Below are positions 16,606 to 20,000 of a stretch of 20,000 nt of DNA, piece by piece. The stretch is from an uncultured virus (IMG/VR IMGVR_UViG_3300047546_000414) (lineage: Duplodnaviria; Heunggongvirae; Uroviricota; Caudoviricetes): the IMG/VR virus record IMGVR_UViG_3300047546_000414, one strand, 5' to 3'. The notes below the pieces were generated by a model, which saw nothing but the letters and a program-made list of their open reading frames with translations, did not search any database and was not told where the DNA came from. Each line of letters begins with the position of its first letter. Within the stretch, counting starts at the first letter, position 1. Position numbers and translations under genes: made by a program.

Positions 16606-17573
16606 TATGCTGTCTCCTTTAGCCAATAAGTAATTATACAAGTTCCGCTTCCGCCAACTCCAGAACATGCTCCGTTATCGGCTCCACCACCGCCACCACC
16701 AGTTCCAGTAATTCCAGGTTGTCCAGTGCTTCCATAAGGACTTCCATTTCCTGCTCCACCTGCGCCACCGCCATTTGAACCATTACCCATAGCGTGACGA
16801 CCTGAACCGCCACCGCCACCGCCTAGTCCATAAAGTCCTTGTCCGCCTTGACCACCAGTTGTTGATTGAGAGCTAGAATTTTGTCCAGCCATTCCGTGTC
16901 CACCAGTTGATGAACCTTCATCTGTTGTTGGTGTGTGTGAACCATGTCCTGCATACATTCTCCAAGAATGTTCTTGGTTTTGTCCCCAAGCTCCACGTCC
17001 TGCGCCACCTGCGCCACCACCGCCGCCACCAGCTGAGTGTGAGTTACGTCCGCCACCGCCACCAGTTGATCCACCAGGAGATTGTGGTGCATGTTGTCCG
17101 TATGCTCCGCCACCGCCTCCGCCATATGCTGTAATGAATGCGCCAAATGTAGAGTTTCCACCATTTCCGCCATTTGTATTTGAGTTTCCACAAACTTGTG
17201 AACCACCGTTTCCAATTGTTACAAGGATTGCTTGTCCTACTGCAACGCTTGCAATATCTACGTGACGACGAATAACTTGTCCACCGCCACCACCGCCGCC
17301 GCCGTGATGAGAGCTGTGTGAACCTCCACCGCCGCCACCTCCGCCAACTAGAATAACTTCAACTGAAGACAATGTATTTGCTGGACGAGTCCAATATTGT
17401 GTTGAGTCTAACTTTACTGTAACAGGCTTAACTACCTTTAATGGAATATTTCCAACCGATGCCAATACTGATTGCAATGTTGTGTTTGTATTCAATGCTG
17501 TGTTTAGATTGCTCTGAATTGCCGCATCTAGACCTGGCATTACAATTTGTGTAGTTGAATTTGCTACAGCCAT
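16605..17573 (-). CDS. Glycine-rich (polyglycine II) adhesin/fibre protein A, 322 aa
   Basis: Full-length paralogue of 14806..15786; AAGGAG RBS. Confidence 0.75.
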   Translation of the reverse strand: MAVANSTTQIVMPGLDAAIQSNLNTALNTNTTLQSVLASVGNIPLKVVKPVTVKLDSTQYWTRPANTLSSVEVILVGGGGGGGGSHSSHHGGGGGGGGQVIRRHVDIASVAVGQAILVTIGNGGSQVCGNSNTNGGNGGNSTFGAFITAYGGGGGGAYGQHAPQSPGGSTGGGGGRNSHSAGGGGGGAGGAGRGAWGQNQEHSWRMYAGHGSHTPTTDEGSSTGGHGMAGQNSSSQSTTGGQGGQGLYGLGGGGGGSGRHAMGNGSNGGGAGGAGNGSPYGSTGQPGITGTGGGGGGADNGACSGVGGSGTCIITYWLKETA

Positions 17574-17589
17574 TTTAAAACTCCTTTAA

Positions 17590-17907
17590 TTATACGTTTG
17601 TAATTTTAACACCAGAAATAAAGAATGTGACTCCGTTGTTAACAGATGCCTGCACTGTAATTGTTTCTGCTGTATTTAAAACTTGCTTGAAATCTAGTAC
17701 TACCAATGATCTTGGTGCGAGATCGAGATTCTTGCAGAAGTTAGTACCTGCCATCTTCAATGTAACCTGATTAGCAACATCTGTGATGTTGTCAAATGTT
17801 ACTGAGGTGACAATATCTGTCTCTCCACCAGGAACTGTCAATACTGTAGTTTCTGTTGTTGTTGCTGTTCCTGCTGCGAAACGAGCTGGTAAGCTTACTA
17901 CTGCCAT
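17590..17907 (-). CDS. Small beta-sandwich virion structural protein, 105 aa
   Basis: TTVLTVPGG..IVTSV..N..QVL...ETI....FISG pattern; paralogue of 13306..13665. Confidence 0.65.
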   Translation of the reverse strand: MAVVSLPARFAAGTATTTETTVLTVPGGETDIVTSVTFDNITDVANQVTLKMAGTNFCKNLDLAPRSLVVLDFKQVLNTAETITVQASVNNGVTFFISGVKITNV

Positions 17908-17908
17908 A

Positions 17909-18241
17909 TTAAATCACTCCCATGTTTGTATATAAAGTATAATTGCTAATCTGTCCTTCTAGATTAGCAATGTTTTGTGTTCCTGCTGTATTAACAGCAG
18001 CAATTTGAGTTGCACCAGCTGTCTGAACTGTTGTTACTTGTCCAGTGCCTGCTGTTTGAATTGAATTGATGCTAGCTGAAGTTGCAGCAACGATATCGTT
18101 TACCCCTAAAAGATTTCCCATTGATTCAAGTGCTTTTGCAAGGAAAACAATTTCTTGAGCAGTAAGGGTGCTGCTGCTCAGAGCATCTACTTTAGCTTTA
18201 AAAGTAGTGATCTGACTTGATAAACTATCATAACTAGGCAT
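17909..18241 (-). CDS. Hypothetical helical fibre-associated protein, 110 aa
   Basis: AGGAG RBS; 11-residue repeats (SIQTAGTGQVT/TVQTAGATQIA/AVNTAGTQNIA) suggest a coiled-coil stalk. Confidence 0.6.
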   Translation of the reverse strand: MPSYDSLSSQITTFKAKVDALSSSTLTAQEIVFLAKALESMGNLLGVNDIVAATSASINSIQTAGTGQVTTVQTAGATQIAAVNTAGTQNIANLEGQISNYTLYTNMGVI

Positions 18242-18258
18242 ATTTTTCTCCTGTATAA

Positions 18259-18342
18259 ATTATAGCATGACTATTTTATTGTTTAGGGTTCCGCCCTACC
18301 TATAACATTCTTAATTATACCCCAGTGACCTTCTAGAAGCCA
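18259..18342 (-). promoter_or_regulatory. Tandem promoters for the adhesin block: TGGCTT-17-TATAAT (18342-18314) and extended -10 TGCTATAAT (18267-18259)
   Basis: Two perfect TATAAT hexamers in one 115-bp intergenic region. Confidence 0.6.
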
Positions 18343-18356
18343 CTGGAATATTGGCC

Positions 18357-19268
18357 TTAAAGCCCAGTAGTATAGGTCTGGACCACTGAAACCAAAAAGA
18401 CAAAAAAGACTACTCCAGACAAAACTTTATAGTAATCCTTAAACGTTGAGCCAAACATCATCTTTCCGATCATCATGCATTTATGCATTGGGGAAAGGAT
18501 ATAGCCTGCCCAGTTAGCTGCAAATAGTATGGGTAGGGATGCTGCTCCAAAGATAGGTAAAGATATTGAAAGTACCCCAGCAAATTTGCCGCTACTTCCA
18601 AGGATGAAAGAAAGCACAAATGAGCCTAGCAATACAAGAACCAGTAGGCCAGATTTATGAGCCGCATCCACAATTTGAGAAAAATACTCTTTATGATATG
18701 ATACAAAATTTCCAGCAACCAATAGACCTGTTACCACAGCTAAAGTATTTAAATTTTCTTTAACTATTTTCTTTACATCTAAATCTTGTTTTTCTCTTTT
18801 GCCACGAATATCAATATCAACATCTTCTTCTTTTACTACTCCAAAAATGTAATAGAGAACACAAACAATAAGTGTTGCCAATAATGGCCAAACAGATCCG
18901 ATAAAAGAAGCATACGAAATATTAAGAGCTGCCATTGGCAATATAACAGTTTTTTCTAATGGAGACCAAAAATAAAAATGGTGGGTAGCCAAATAATCAA
19001 TTACTCCATATTTTTTTCTACGATCATCTTGAGGAGCCATGGTATTTAAAACTCCAGCTGAAACTACAACTCTTCCGTTAATTGGAAGCACTCCAGAAAT
19101 TGCAGACGTAAGTGCAATAACTGCTCTTTTAGATTTTACAATTTTTGCAATAAAGGAATATAAAGGTTGGAACACGTCATATTTTCTTGCATAATATGAA
19201 AGCACCATGACAGTAGCCAACATTACAATATAATACCATTCTTCAAACAATATATTTATACTAGGCAT
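18357..19268 (-). CDS. Multi-pass membrane protein, DUF401-like / ion-transporter superfamily, 303 aa
   Basis: Many hydrophobic segments; SGVLPINGRVVVSA, HHFYFWSPL, GYILSPMHKC resemble DUF401 motifs (from recall). Confidence 0.6.
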   Translation of the reverse strand: MPSINILFEEWYYIVMLATVMVLSYYARKYDVFQPLYSFIAKIVKSKRAVIALTSAISGVLPINGRVVVSAGVLNTMAPQDDRRKKYGVIDYLATHHFYFWSPLEKTVILPMAALNISYASFIGSVWPLLATLIVCVLYYIFGVVKEEDVDIDIRGKREKQDLDVKKIVKENLNTLAVVTGLLVAGNFVSYHKEYFSQIVDAAHKSGLLVLVLLGSFVLSFILGSSGKFAGVLSISLPIFGAASLPILFAANWAGYILSPMHKCMMIGKMMFGSTFKDYYKVLSGVVFFVFLVSVVQTYTTGL

Positions 19269-20000
19269 TTTTCTTTCTTTCTATTACTAATATATACAGC
19301 CCATTCCACCAGTCTTTATCTGATTCTAGAGCATTTAATACTTTCTTACTATACAATATTTTTAATCCAGAATCAACAATTCCTTTGTATGCAGACTGAA
19401 CAACTTCTGTCCAATTAGCGTCATCAAAGATAATAACGGCATTTTCTGCAAATACTCTGGAGTAATATCTTACTGCATCATAGGTAGATTTGGCATCATG
19501 TGGTCCATCATAAAAAAATAAATCCACATTATTAATGTTTGATAAATCTACTTTAAACATATCTGAGTTTGATATGTAAACTTTGTTGTTTCCAATATAT
19601 GGTTTTATATTATTTTTAAATTCTTCAACCGTGTTTGTTTTAGGGGTATCCCAATCTGGCCTTACTGATTGTGGGGCCAACTTCCAATTATCTATAAGAT
19701 ATGCTTCTATAGAATTGCCACTTAATGCTGCCGCCGCAGTTGCGCCTTGGTAAGAACCAACCTCTAAATATTTTTTAGAATGTTTAGCAATTTTATTTAT
19801 AAAAGATTGAACTCTTGTGCTGGTAAGCCCAGGAATGTCAATCTCTACAGGCTCATTTACTGAATTTACAAGCTCTTGTGCGACCATGGCAACTTTTGAG
19901 TTAATATGATTGCCATATTTGGCAGCCATTATTTTGTCACAATAGCCACAATCCCAGCAATCAAATTTACAATTTTTGATCTTATTACGCCAGATGGTAA
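19261..20000 (-). CDS. 5'-truncated protein: CxxxCxxCxxC motif followed by class I SAM-dependent methyltransferase domain (Methyltransf_24-like)
   Basis: YLEVGSYQG, DLFFYDGPHD, IIFDD motifs; frame stays open from ATG 19929 to the window edge, reading TIWRNKIKNCKFDCWDCGYCDKI. Confidence 0.8.
   Translation of the reverse strand, partial: TIWRNKIKNCKFDCWDCGYCDKIMAAKYGNHINSKVAMVAQELVNSVNEPVEIDIPGLTSTRVQSFINKIAKHSKKYLEVGSYQGATAAAALSGNSIEAYLIDNWKLAPQSVRPDWDTPKTNTVEEFKNNIKPYIGNNKVYISNSDMFKVDLSNINNVDLFFYDGPHDAKSTYDAVRYYSRVFAENAVIIFDDANWTEVVQSAYKGIVDSGLKILYSKKVLNALESDKDWWNGLYILVIERKKNA

Noticed and set aside
16606..16668. N-terminal 21 aa of the 16237..16668 ORF
   Set aside because: Overlaps the Gly-rich gene; GTG at 16605 has an RBS and TAGTG coupling.
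14835..17265. Alternative-frame ORFs and CCG/CCA runs as repeats, CRISPR or foreign GC-rich islands
   Set aside because: Explained by polyglycine codons; no regular repeat-spacer periodicity.
14806..17573. Diversity-generating retroelement TR/VR pair or invertible shufflon
   Set aside because: Both copies are intact full-length genes in direct orientation, differences are not adenine-specific, and no reverse transcriptase or recombinase is in the window.
19939..19971. Radical SAM enzyme call from CxxxCxxC
   Set aside because: Motif has a fourth Cys and is followed directly by a Rossmann MTase, not a radical-SAM barrel.
1..20000. tRNA/rRNA genes, introns, inteins, IS elements
   Set aside because: Intergenic gaps are short and accounted for; portal, protease and capsid genes look uninterrupted. 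No covariance search could be run.

Overview
The whole window is a single-strand (all real genes on the minus strand), AT-rich tailed-phage morphogenesis region, most likely from a large siphovirus. In transcription order (right to left): a 5'-truncated Cys-motif/SAM-methyltransferase fusion, a DUF401-like membrane protein, about 9 kb of adhesin/fibre-type genes (two paralogous polyglycine proteins each followed by a putative chaperone, two paralogous small beta proteins, LamG-like lectins, a PASTA+FN3 mosaic protein), then portal, prohead protease with a nested scaffold start, major capsid protein, head-tail joining genes, tail terminator, tail tube, and a tail assembly chaperone pair joined by a clear -1 frameshift signal (C CCA AAT plus a 3' hairpin). 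Sigma-A-type extended -10 promoters (two leaderless-like) and two terminators are visible. An actinobacterial host and resemblance to large Streptomyces-type siphoviruses are inferences from motif recall, not database results.
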